DNA of 25,177 bases, taken from assembly GCA_001724265.1 (NCBI GenBank), contig MEDY01000164.1:124001-149177 (forward strand), given 5' to 3'. Both the position numbers and the translations under genes were made by a program. The stretch is from Rhizaria sp. SCN 62-66. Its lineage: Eukaryota. Below the pieces are notes generated by a model that made no database searches, was not told the origin of the DNA, and saw nothing but the letters and a program-made list of their open reading frames with translations. Of the stretch, positions 9,716 through 19,690 are shown piece by piece. Position 1 is the stretch's first letter; every line of letters starts with the position of its first letter.

Positions 9716-12700
9716 ATGAGCGCGTCAGGCTCCGTCATGGTTGCCGTCCGCGTCCGTCCCTTCAACACTCGGTACGTTACTTGACCACTCACCACGAATC
9801 ACGAAACATTCAACAACACGCGACAAAGTTTCACGATAGCTCCTCTTAGCTTTACGCTCACTTCTATCATATGTGTTTGTCTGTGTTTACTATAATTATT
9901 TTTGCTGTCTTAACAGTGAGATCGAGATGGGGGCGAAGCTCTGTGTGCAGATGAACGGCCCGACAACGACCTTAATCAACCCCGAATCCGGCGAAGATAA
10001 GAAGTTTTCCTTCGACTATTCCTACTGGTCGCACGACGGCTTTGACACGAACGAGAACGGCGAGATGGTTGCGCGCGAAGGGACTAACTATGCGACGCAG
10101 CGCATGGTGTTCGACAACCTGGGCCGCGACGTGCTCAACTCGGCCTTCGAGGGCTACAACTCGTGTCTGTTTGCCTATGGACAGACAGGCTCCGGCAAGA
10201 GCTACTCCATGGTCGGCTACGGCAACAACAAGGGCATCATCCCGATTGTCTGCGAGGAGATGTTCAAGTCGATCGAGGCCAACACAGACCCGACGATCAA
10301 GTACCAAGTCGTGGTGTCAATGCTCGAGATCTACAATGAGTGCGTCAAGGACTTGCTGAACCCCAAGGTGAACCCGCCGGGCGGACTCAAGATCCGCTCC
10401 AAGCCGGGTATCGGCGTGTACGTCGACGACCTCACGCCCGTGCCCGTGGCGAGTTACGCCGCGATCGAGGCGCAGATGGAGGCAGGCACACTCAACCGCA
10501 CGGTCGCGTCGACCAAGATGAACGCCACGTCGTCGCGCGCGCACACCGTGTTCACGATCATCTTCACCAAGCACCGCTCGGACATGGGGCTGACTTCGGA
10601 GACGCAGTCGCGCATGAACCTCGTCGACCTCGCAGGGTCCGAGCGCGCGGAGTCCACAGGGGCGACCGGAGATCGGTACGGCAAACTTAGCGATTTACTG
10701 GAACAACAAGTAGTGGCACAGATTGTCGCTGCTTTGAGATATTTTTAAGTCATGTCTTCATATATTTGTCTGGGATGCAAATTGTGCTCATATAACTCAC
10801 TTTATATCTCTTTTTGACTATAATTTGTTCTATTTGTTTCCGCTGCTTTCCGCTCCTTGTCTTAGGTTGAAGGAAGGTTGCGCGATTAACGCTTCGTTGT
10901 CTGCGCTGGGTAACGTCATCTCGGCGCTGGCCGACATCTCCTCCGGCAAGGCCAAGAAGGGCGCCTTCGTTCCCTACCGTAACTCCGCGCTCACACGCCT
11001 GCTGCAAGACGCGCTGGGTGGCAACTCGCGCACTATCATGATCTGCGCGCTGTCGCCGGCCGACGTCAACTTTGACGAGACACTGTCGACGCTGCGGTAC
11101 GCGGACCGCGCGAAGCAGATCAAGAACAAGATCTTCAAGATGGAGAACCCGACGGACGCGCTCATCGCCAAGCTTAAGGCCGACAACGCACGCCTTACGG
11201 CCATGCTCGAGGGCCGCATCCCGCCCTCGCTGAGCGACGGCGCGGGCGAGGACCCGGCCGCGACCAAGCAGCTGGGCGACCTGCAGCAGCGCCTCAAGGA
11301 GGTCGAGGAAGAGAAGATCGCGAATGAGAAGCTGCTGCGCGAGATGCAGCGCTCGTGGGAGGACAAGCTGCGCGACGCCGAGGCCGCGGCAGCCGCGGCG
11401 GCCGAGGCGGCCGCGGCGGGCGGCACGGGCGGCGCCGTGTCGCTGCGCACGGCCAAGGCGACCACGCGGCCCTTCATGGTGAACCTGCATGAAGACCCGC
11501 AGATGACGGAGAAAGTTGTCTACGTGTTCAATGAGGGCGCGACGCGCGTCGGCCGCGCGGACGCAGCCGCGCCGCAGGACGTCGTGCTGTCGGGCCTCAA
11601 CATCAGGGCCGAGCACGCGCTCGTCAACTATGACTCCAACACCAAAGGTATGATCACATTACTGCAAATAACTATCTTGTGTTTCACATATACTCTTGTA
11701 TTCATGCTGAATTTGACAGATATTGGTAAAGTTATATTATTTTATATTGTTCCATAATTTTATCTCACCGTACTTCTATCTTGTGTGTATTTAACGTCAT
11801 TTAGCGCTGACCGTTGCGGTAATCGACCCCGAGACGAAGCTCTTCATCAACGGCACTGCCCTGCGCACCCCGGGCGTGGCACGCCCCTTGGCGCACGGCG
11901 ACCGCCTGCTGCTGGGCAACAACTTCGTGTTCCGCGTCGAGTTCCCCCCGCCGGCCGCGGACTCTGACGCGCCGCCTGTGCTGGTGGATCCCGCGTTCCA
12001 GGGCGCCGGAGCATGGGCTGCGGCCATGGCCGAGTTCCAGGCCGCGCAGGGCCGCGGCGGCGCTGGAGCGGGTGGGGACGGCGACGGCGCCGAGGACGCC
12101 GAGGTGGCGAAGCTGCGGAAGCAACTGGAGGAACTGCAGCGCGAGCGCGATGAAAGCAAGGGTGCCGCGGCGACGGCAGCGGCCGCTGGCGAGATCAAAG
12201 AGATTCAGGAGGCGCTCAAGTGGAAGCGCCGGTCGAAGAAGCTCAAGCAGGACGTAGACGCCATGTCGCCGATGATTCATGAGGCCAACTCGCTAGCTGA
12301 TGAGCTGGGCAAAGAACTTGTGTTTGAGGTCAAGATCGAGGTCGTCCGCAAGGGCCCCCTTAAGGTACGCAATGAAAGCAAAAATATGTCGATCTCATTC
12401 ATATGACTCTTGAGAAAGAAAACTTATCTATATTTAACTATGTTGTGAATAATGGTTTTTAAGGTGAATTACTTTATCTAAGCTTGATTTTTAATCGCTA
12501 ACACTCATCCTTACTCACGCTTTTTTCACTCTCTTTGTAGGCGAACGTGTGCATGCGTCGCCCGTCTAATCGCGAAGTGTGGGTGTGGGACATCGAGACG
12601 TTCGAGTCGCGCCTGTTCCTGATGCGCGAGCTCTTCAACCGCGTGCTGGAGCACGGCCCGCAGACGATTCCGCGCGAGTTGGACCCGTTCTGGGAGCCGA

Positions 12701-14071
12701 CGCAGCCCACGGTCCTGGGCCAGTCGTTCGTGTACCTCAAGGCGCTGGCGCAGCTTGTCGAGGTTGACGGCACGTTCCGCGTCGTCGACGCGCGCGGGCT
12801 GGCGCAGGGCGAGCTCAAGGCCGAGATCGTGCCGCTGGGCTCGCGCGGCGAGGAGCTGCCATACTTGCGGTCTTCTTCTGAACTGCTCGGTATGGCCGTG
12901 ACGTTCGAAGTTAAGACGCCCTTCGTGACCAACGTGCCCGCGACTCACGTCACGGACTTGCAGATGTCGTTCCAGTTCCAGGACAAGGAGTTTTGCTTCC
13001 CTGCCGCCAGTGTTGCGCTCGCGGGCGCAGGCGCCACGGCCACGTTCAACTACACGCAGCGACTCCCTGTCACCGTGGACCAGGTATGTTGAACTTTTAA
13101 TTGAACTTATCGTACATATATCGTCTCATACTAGATCTAACTTATCTTGTATCGTACTAATATCTACTCATTCTACTTGTGTCACTTGTTTTATGTCTCT
13201 GTTGTAGCCTTTCCTGACGTACCTGCTGACGGAGGCGATCACGTTCGTGGTCAAGGGCAAGCCCGCGCGCAGCGACGAGCTGCCCACGGACATGCTCCGC
13301 ATCGCGCTCAAGCGCAGGGCGAAGATCAACTCCGCGCCCACGCTCACTCTCGCACACAGCGCCAACGCCGCCGCCGCCGCCGCGATCGCGTCCGCTGCGC
13401 CCGTCGCCGCCCCCGCGCCCGTCGCGGTCCCTGTTGCCGTCATTACCGCTGCTTTGAGCAACGCCGCCTTGTCCCCCTCGAGCTCGGGCTCCAGCTCCAG
13501 CGCGGGCGCGGGTGCGGTGCCGAGCGCGGGTCTGTGCAGCCAGTGCCAGGAGACTGCGGCGACGCTGTGGTGCACCGAGTGCGCGCGCCGGCTCTGCGCG
13601 ACGTGCTTCCCCGTGCTGCACAAGGCCGCGCGCAGGCGGGATCACTCCGCGCTGCCCCTCGACATCGCCATCGAGTCCCTCTCTACCGCCTCTGGCGCGG
13701 CCTCGGGCTCGGCCTCTGGCGGCAAAGCTGGCGGCAGCGTGCTGTGCAGTAAGTGCGGGGAAAACGCGGCGACGGTGCAGTGCGGCGAGTGCGGCCCGGG
13801 CACGGTGTACTGCGATAATTGCAACGGCATGATGCACAAGGCGCCCAGTCGCCGCGACCACGCGCGCACGCTGCTCCAGTCCCAACCTCAGCCCCAGCAG
13901 CAGCGGCAAACTGCCAATGCAGGCGCCGGGGCCATGTGCGGGCTGTGCAAGGACAACCCGGCGGTGGTGACGTGCGCCGAGTGCGAGGGCGCGGCCTACT
14001 GCGAAACGTGCAACGCGCTGCGGCATAAGGCGCCTAGCCGCCGCGACCACGTGCGTGCGCCGATCGCGTGA
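9716..14071 (+). CDS. Kinesin-3 family motor (KIF28/KLP-6-like) with FHA domain, coiled coils and three C-terminal B-box-type zinc fingers, ~1187 aa
   Basis: Six exons joined in frame by GT-AG introns: 9716-9771, 9917-10675, 10866-11647, 11805-12364, 12541-13083, 13208-14071 (3564 nt). Motor motifs [76 protein letters not shown]-like region VNLHEDPQM...VGR...[14 protein letters not shown]. Kinesin-3 tail motif DPFWEP. Confidence 0.92.
13535..14050 (+). repeat. Three tandem B-box-like zinc-finger repeats in the last kinesin exon
   Basis: Units at 13535-13645, 13745-13861 and 13937-14050, each CxxC-x8-CxxC-x4-6-CxxC-x4-H-KAxxRRD-H. Confidence 0.85.
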
Positions 14072-15092
14072 GAAACGGGCGAACGCTGGATCAATAGGAG
14101 AAATATGTTAAATAATGTGTATATAATGATGAATTGTAGTGATGCGCGAAAGCGGGCGTGGAAACCTGCGGTTATATAGAGTCTTTAGCTTGGGGCGGTT
14201 ACTGCCTGAGAACGACAAATTCGCAATAAAGCACGTTATATTCTTTCTTTTAGGTACAAAACATGCTCATACTCTGAAATAAAATGCTGATAGTGTGCAT
14301 GTAAAATTGTATTGCTTGATATGCAATATATAGATGTATATCAACGCAATTTAGCGTGCAAAAATGCTGCACGCGGTCGAAATCTTTATTATATTTAAAG
14401 AATATAAAATCATCGATCTGCGTAAAATTTTATCAGAAATCTTTGCTGTCCACATCTTAAACAACTTTCCAAACTTCTACTGGCAAATCTCTGTTAGGCT
14501 ATGAGTAACAGAACGCAGACAGCGATGTATTTATTTGAAAATGGCAAGTTAAAACGGACATATTGACTCAAAGAAGACAATTGGGAAACGAACTACAGAG
14601 TTGTTGGAGCTGAGACGGACATTTGAAGGAAAAGTGTTGTAGCCGGCGATAGACTCAGAAATAAGTAACAAAACAAGCCAAAAGAAATAGTTCAAGATAA
14701 GATTTGTCACAAAAGTTACTCAATCATGAATAATATGACCATAAAAAAGCGATATGCATGCTCGAAAACGGAAAATGTCCCCTTCGAGTGACCGTGAGCG
14801 CAACTGGCAAGAGGGTAAGGGGCAGAGCTGTTGGTGCACTCGCGGCCCTCTTTGGAAGCAGTTCTGAGTCCTTTAGACACGTTCCGGCCGACTATTTTCA
14901 TTATGACTGTGCACTTGCACTTAGTTTCTTTATCTTCATTGAACGCAACTGGGAGTTGTGGGGACTGTGGAGCTCCGTTAGTGTTCTTAGCCGAGCAACT
15001 GGTTGCTTCAAAACGACGTCTCTTGGCTATTCTGTTTAGTTGCTTTTGCCGACCAAGAGCGCGCATGCTCGTTCTGTTTTTGTTTGTGCCAT

Positions 15093-15134
15093 TATATATC
15101 AACTTATTTCTGCACATACGACTTTTGCTCATTC
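15093..15134 (+). promoter_or_regulatory. Candidate core promoter (TATA-like and initiator-like) for the uORF-bZIP transcript
   Basis: TATATAT at 15093-15099 and GCTCATTC at 15127-15134, followed by pyrimidine-rich leader-like sequence. Motif resemblance only. Confidence 0.3.
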
Positions 15135-15317
15135 TAATCCATCTTGTTCTGTCGCCGTATTGCACAGAAAGAGCCACTCTTTCTTCGCCTCCACAAGCCT
15201 TCCCACTTCCCCCGCTTCCCGGTTCCCAGCTCTGTATCGACACCCTGTTCGACGCAGAGCGCACAGAACCCCACACCTTTCCGCCCCGCGTCGCGCCGCT
15301 CTCGCCGCGTCTCGTTC

Positions 15318-15542
15318 ATGCGCAAGAGTCACTGCCGCATCTCAATCCCTCTGCTTTTGATCGCCACCCTGCACTTCATCGTTTACTTCTCCGCCGTTAC
15401 CCAGACCAACGCCTGCACCTTCCTTATCCGCGAGTCCGCGAACACCAAGCACCTCTCGTACCACGCCATCAACCCGTACGCCGCTCAGTTCGGCCACGCT
15501 CGCTACCACCACTTCTCGTCGCTCTTTCTCGCACTTCGCTAG
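15318..15542 (+). CDS. 74-aa small ORF, probable peptide-encoding uORF in the bZIP 5' leader (or an independent microprotein gene)
   Basis: ATG...TAG encoding MRKSHCRISIPLLLIATLHFIVYFSAVTQTNACTFLIRESANTKHLSYHAINPYAAQFGHARYHHFSSLFLALR. By hand count 62/74 codons end in G/C; all Arg are CGC, Ile ATC, His CAC, Tyr TAC, Asn AAC. It carries the only ATG between ~15070 and the bZIP ATG at 16078. Confidence 0.7.
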   Translation: MRKSHCRISIPLLLIATLHFIVYFSAVTQTNACTFLIRESANTKHLSYHAINPYAAQFGHARYHHFSSLFLALR

Positions 15543-16077
15543 CTCTAGGCCCGAGGGCGGCTAAGCCACCTCGCCCGCGCGCAGCGCTCTCCCGGACTCC
15601 AACAGCTCGCGACTTCGGCCCTTAAGCGAACACTCGCGCTTTCTCGACACAAACAAGCGCTTTCTTCCGCGACAGGACTTACTTCAGGCTCAGGCGCAGG
15701 TTTCGGCTCCACCGGCACAGGCTTCAGTTCAGGTTCCTCGGACTCAGACTCGGACGCTAACAACAGTAACTTTATCGCTTACACCGCTGCTGCAAACACT
15801 CTTGCTCTCTCTGCGTAAGACTCGTTCCTGTTATTTAGTTTCCCCCAAAGTCTTTGTTCCCACAGTTACCTTCTTGTTTCCTGTTTTCTTCTCCTCAACC
15901 ACCACTCGGTTAAGTGTAAACTCCACGATCAAAAGCAGAGGTTGATACATCCAGTTTGTTCAAACCTTCGCACAAACACCACACCGGTTCTTTTCTTTTC
16001 CCCCGTTTCTTTACTTTCATCGTCTTTTACTTCGTTCGTCGCTTGCACGTTTGCAACACAACAAACACACCACCACG

Positions 16078-18444
16078 ATGGATTTTTTCTCTCCTTTCTC
16101 CTCTGCTGCCGACTCTGTCGCTGCCTCTGCCCACGGCCACGGCCACTTGCACTCCACGACTGGCGTGCTGCCCGTCGGCCACCTCGCCCGCAGCCGCAGC
16201 CACAGCACGGCCGATAACGACAACATCGCCAACCTCAGCACGGGCGACGACAACGCCCTGTCGCTCCTCGCCTTCCCCCCTCTCCAGCTCCAGCCGCTCA
16301 ACCCGCACCACGCCCACGGCCACGACAGCATTCTCGGTCTCGACCATGCTCTCGGCGGCGGCTTGACTTCCAACAACACCAACACCAGCGCCAACAACGC
16401 TAACAGCAACAGCAACAGCAACAGCAACAACAGCGAAGCTGCTTCTGCTCGCTTTGCTAACAACAACATTATGTCACACAACAACGATATCAATGCTAAC
16501 ACCAACAACAACATCAACAACAACTCTACAACTCACGACAACGCATACGGCCACTATCACGCTTCCGTCTCCGCTTCCGCTTCTGCGTCCTCTGTCGCCG
16601 CCGCGCCCGCCGCCGCCGCGTTCCCGCACGCCGCGCTCGCGCTTAACTCCATGGCCAACGCCGCCGCCGCCGCCGCCGCGGCTGCCGCCGCCGTTTCCGC
16701 GTGCTCTGCGCCTGCGACGTCGGTTGTGACGGCGCCCGCGCGCTCCGGCCGCGGCTCCCGCGCCTCGCCCTCCGCCCTGCCCGCCTCGGCCTCGGCCTCC
16801 CACTCGGCCTCGGCCGCCCCCGCCTCTGCGACCTGCGCATCTGTGGTGGTGACGGCAACGGGCCGCCAGGTGCGCCGCGCCGCGCCTACCGACGCCAGCG
16901 ACGGCTACGCCTCCAGCGCCGGCAACGGCAGTGGCAACGGCAACGGCTACGGCAGCAACGGCTCTGCGTCGTCGGTGCAGCACCAGTCGAAGCGCACGCG
17001 CGTCGCCAAGCAGCCCGCGGCCGGCGGCAAGTCCACTGCCTCGGCTTCAATGGCCAACGGCCGCCGCGGCGGTCGCCAGCAGCAACAGCAGCAACAGCAG
17101 CAGCAGCAGCGCGGCAGCGCGAGCTCTGACTCTGATTCGGAGACCGACGGCCTGGCTTCCGTCTACAGCCACGGCCACAGCGGTGGTCGCGGCTACGGCG
17201 CGTACTCAGCTCACGGACACACCTCGTTGCACTACCACGGAAGCCACGGCCACAGCGGCGGCGGCAGCGGCAGCGGCAGCGCGCTCGACGACGATACCCA
17301 CAGCCTGACCGACGGCCGCGACTCGCCCAGCTTCGGGCTCGACGCGGCCGCGGCGGCGCTGCTCGACGGAGACTGCGACGGCGACGGCGGCGACGGCGAC
17401 ACCTTCGACCTGCGCGCGGCCGCCGTCGCGGGCGGCATCGACCCCGCGCTGCTGTCGGCCGAGCAGATCCGGCTCCTGGTTGAGGAGAACTCCCTCAAGA
17501 AGCAGCGTCTCGCGCGCAAGGCCGCCCTCGCGCGCGCGTCGCGGCAGAAGAAGAAGAGCAAGCTCGACGAGCTCGAGGACGAGAACGCGCGGCTCCGCGA
17601 AGAGCTCGCCGCCGCGCGCACCGCGCTGCTGCGCGCTGCCGCGGGGCCGCCCGTCGCCCACCCCGCCTCGGCCGCCGCCGCCGCCGCCGCCGCGCACGCG
17701 CACGCGCACGCGCAGTCCCAGCTTTACCAGCGCCAGCAGCAGCAGTTGCAGCAGCAGCAACAGCACTCGTGGCTGGCGCCCGGGTCCGCCTCGTCGAGCG
17801 CGCCGTCCTCCGTCCCCGGCTCGCCGCTCTCCGTCTCCTCCGGCTCCGGCTCTGTCTCGAACGCTGGCTCGAACGCCAGCGTGAACGCGAATGTGGCGCC
17901 GATGCTGCCCGCGGCCGCCGCCTCGGTCATTGCCGCCGTCGCCAGCGCCAACGCCGTCTCTGGCAGCGCTGCCGGCAGAGTGACCGGAGTGCCGAGCCCG
18001 CTCTCGCTCTCCCGCGCCGGCTCCGACCACGGCGACAACGGCAATGGAAACGGCAACGGCAACGGCAGCAGCAGCAGCACCGCGATCACTACCGCCACCG
18101 CCACCGCCTCCGACGCCGTGGCGCCTGCGCCCGCGACTGCCGCCACCGCCGCTGCCGCCGCTGCCGCCGGCGTCTTCGCTCCCGCGGTGGCTGCGAGTGC
18201 GGCCGACGCCGAGGCTCTGCGCGCGACGCTGGTCCAGATCGCGTCGCTGATGGCGCCCGTCCTGTCGCACCTGCTGCCCGCCGCCGCCGCCGCGTTCCCG
18301 GCTGCCGCCGCCGCCGCCGCCGCCGCTGCCGCCTCGGCCGCCGCGGCGAACGGCAAGGCCGTCGCCGCCCCGCCGTCGCCCGCTGCCACCGCCGCCGTCA
18401 TCATTGCTGCTGCGGCTGGCTCTGACGCGAGCGGGTCGCAGTAA
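16078..18444 (+). CDS. bZIP transcription factor with atypical basic region, embedded in low-complexity sequence (788 aa, single exon)
   Basis: First in-frame ATG 16078, TAA 18442-18444. Basic region and zipper at ~17497-17630: KKQRLARKAALARASRQKKKSKLDELEDENARLREELAAAR (K-x7-R-x9-L-x6-L). Confidence 0.85.
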   Translation: MDFFSPFSSAADSVAASAHGHGHLHSTTGVLPVGHLARSRSHSTADNDNIANLSTGDDNALSLLAFPPLQLQPLNPHHAHGHDSILGLDHALGGGLTSNNTNTSANNANSNSNSNSNNSEAASARFANNNIMSHNNDINANTNNNINNNSTTHDNAYGHYHASVSASASASSVAAAPAAAAFPHAALALNSMANAAAAAAAAAAAVSACSAPATSVVTAPARSGRGSRASPSALPASASASHSASAAPASATCASVVVTATGRQVRRAAPTDASDGYASSAGNGSGNGNGYGSNGSASSVQHQSKRTRVAKQPAAGGKSTASASMANGRRGGRQQQQQQQQQQQRGSASSDSDSETDGLASVYSHGHSGGRGYGAYSAHGHTSLHYHGSHGHSGGGSGSGSALDDDTHSLTDGRDSPSFGLDAAAAALLDGDCDGDGGDGDTFDLRAAAVAGGIDPALLSAEQIRLLVEENSLKKQRLARKAALARASRQKKKSKLDELEDENARLREELAAARTALLRAAAGPPVAHPASAAAAAAAAHAHAHAQSQLYQRQQQQLQQQQQHSWLAPGSASSSAPSSVPGSPLSVSSGSGSVSNAGSNASVNANVAPMLPAAAASVIAAVASANAVSGSAAGRVTGVPSPLSLSRAGSDHGDNGNGNGNGNGSSSSTAITTATATASDAVAPAPATAATAAAAAAAGVFAPAVAASAADAEALRATLVQIASLMAPVLSHLLPAAAAAFPAAAAAAAAAAASAAAANGKAVAAPPSPAATAAVIIAAAAGSDASGSQ

Positions 18445-18490
18445 GCAGCCAGCAGGAGGCGCAGCCGAGCCAGTGCGAGGTCGCAATGCT

Positions 18491-18910
18491 TTGGCCTCGG
18501 TCATGTGTCCGTACTCTGTCGTGTGCATTTGCGAGACTGTGTTGTGTGTTTTCGTGTAAGTTTTTTCGTGTGTGTGTTTCTGGGTGTCCCTGAGGGCGAG
18601 TGTGAGTGTGCGATGAAGTGACCGTGTTGAGAAGACATTATATTAGACTGTCCAGTCCCCGAGTGTGCGAGTTGTGATATAGGGGCCGCCGCACCGTCAG
18701 CACTGCCGCTGACGCTCCCGCTGTCACTGCAATAACTTGCGACACTTGGGACTCGGAGTCTATGTTGGTCTTCTCAAACTCGTAACTCCTGTCGCGCTAT
18801 TCATTCTCTCGCTCTTGTTTGCACTCTCAACGATAAACACATCCGTCACACAACACCACACTCCAATCTCACAGCCACTTGAACCAACTGCACAGGCACA
18901 AGAGAGCCAA
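18491..18910 (+). ncRNA. Long nested RNA hairpin directly 3' of the bZIP stop (structured 3' UTR element or small-RNA precursor)
   Basis: About 15 colinearly nested helices. Examples: GTGTTGTGTG 18539-48/CACACAACAC 18847-56; TTGAGAAGAC 18627-36/GTCTTCTCAA 18768-77; 18654-75/18732-53; apical CGTCAGC 18695-701/GCTGACG 18708-14. Imperfect positions within helices are G.U on the + strand. Confidence 0.65.
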
Positions 18911-19000
18911 TTCGTCGGAGTAAACGAGCGCTTCGTCGTGAAGTTTATCCAACTAGAGTTTCGATGTTAGGTCATGTTTTAATGTTTAGTTATATCAGTG

Positions 19001-19303
19001 TTTTGTTTTGATATTATATGTTAGCTTATTAGTGTATGGTGATGGTGAGGGCTGCGGTAGTGGCAAAAACGATGGCGACAGCGTAATGTTGTTGTTGTTG
19101 ATGTTGGTATTGCAGGTAGCCCCAGTGAGAGGGGGGAGGCGAGCACAAAAACAAACAAAATTAGTATGTTTTTCGTATCACAAGACAGCAAAATACCACG
19201 TACGGATTGGCAACAACAATACCAACAAAAAAAGAAGAAAATAGTCAGCCCCGTTCAGCGTGAAGAAAAATGAGAAAAAATCATCCAAAAACCAAAGACA
19301 AAA
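19001..19303 (+). other. Second fold-back segment in the putative bZIP 3' UTR
   Basis: Perfect 11-bp inverted repeat TGTTGGTATTG 19102-12/CAATACCAACA 19217-27, nested in GGGCTG 19049-54/CAGCCC 19246-51 and TTTTGTTTTG 19001-10/CAAAGACAAAA 19293-303. Confidence 0.4.
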
Positions 19304-19421
19304 GACAACATATGAAAAGTAACGACAACAATAAGAAAATAACACACATTGTCAACTGTTGCGCGTATTTGTCGCACGTGTGACCCCACTTGTACGGTCT
19401 ATGATTGATCTAAAAGTGGTG

Positions 19422-19468
19422 TTCCTGAGTGTCTGTGTGCGCCTACTATGCCACACCTCGCTCAGGAG
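19422..19468 (+). other. Compact stem-loop in the putative bZIP 3' UTR
   Basis: TTCCTGAGTG 19422-31 pairs with CGCTCAGGAG 19459-68 (two U.G pairs); inner GTGTG 19435-39/CACAC 19452-56. Confidence 0.45.
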
Positions 19469-19690
19469 AGGAAGAAGAAGGAAGAGAGCGACTGCCAACA
19501 AGCCACACTCCACAGCACACCACCACACTGCCCCGCCCTGCACTGCGCTTCCTCAAAGCCAGTGTCAGCTGCCGCGCGTGTCTGTTCGTGTCCTTGCGTG
19601 AGCTTCTTGGAGCAAAGCATCATTCCATAGTTTATCCGTTTCGTAGTCCCAAATGTAGTTTATCAGTAAATATTTCTTTATTATCAACAA

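Noticed and set aside
15540-15548. UAG reassignment (variant genetic code)
   Set aside because: No in-frame TAG is needed in more than 5000 codons of modelled genes, so the standard code explains everything.
14831-15625. 264-aa ORF overlapping the uORF in another frame
   Set aside because: Non-ATG start, AT-rich first half without codon bias; the periodic bias is in the 15318 frame.
15476-16193. uORF as first coding exon of the bZIP via donor GTACGC 15476 and acceptor CAG 16193 (would be in frame)
   Set aside because: It needs a 718-nt intron where all others are 124-230 nt. Codon bias continues past the donor to the TAG, and the skipped 16078-16193 segment looks coding. Not formally excluded without RNA-seq.
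17630-18714. IRE1-type unconventional intron (HAC1/XBP1-like) in the bZIP mRNA
   Set aside because: CNGCNG strings are ubiquitous in this GC-rich sequence, no clean pair of 7-nt-loop hairpins was found, and the basic region is not HAC1/XBP1-like.
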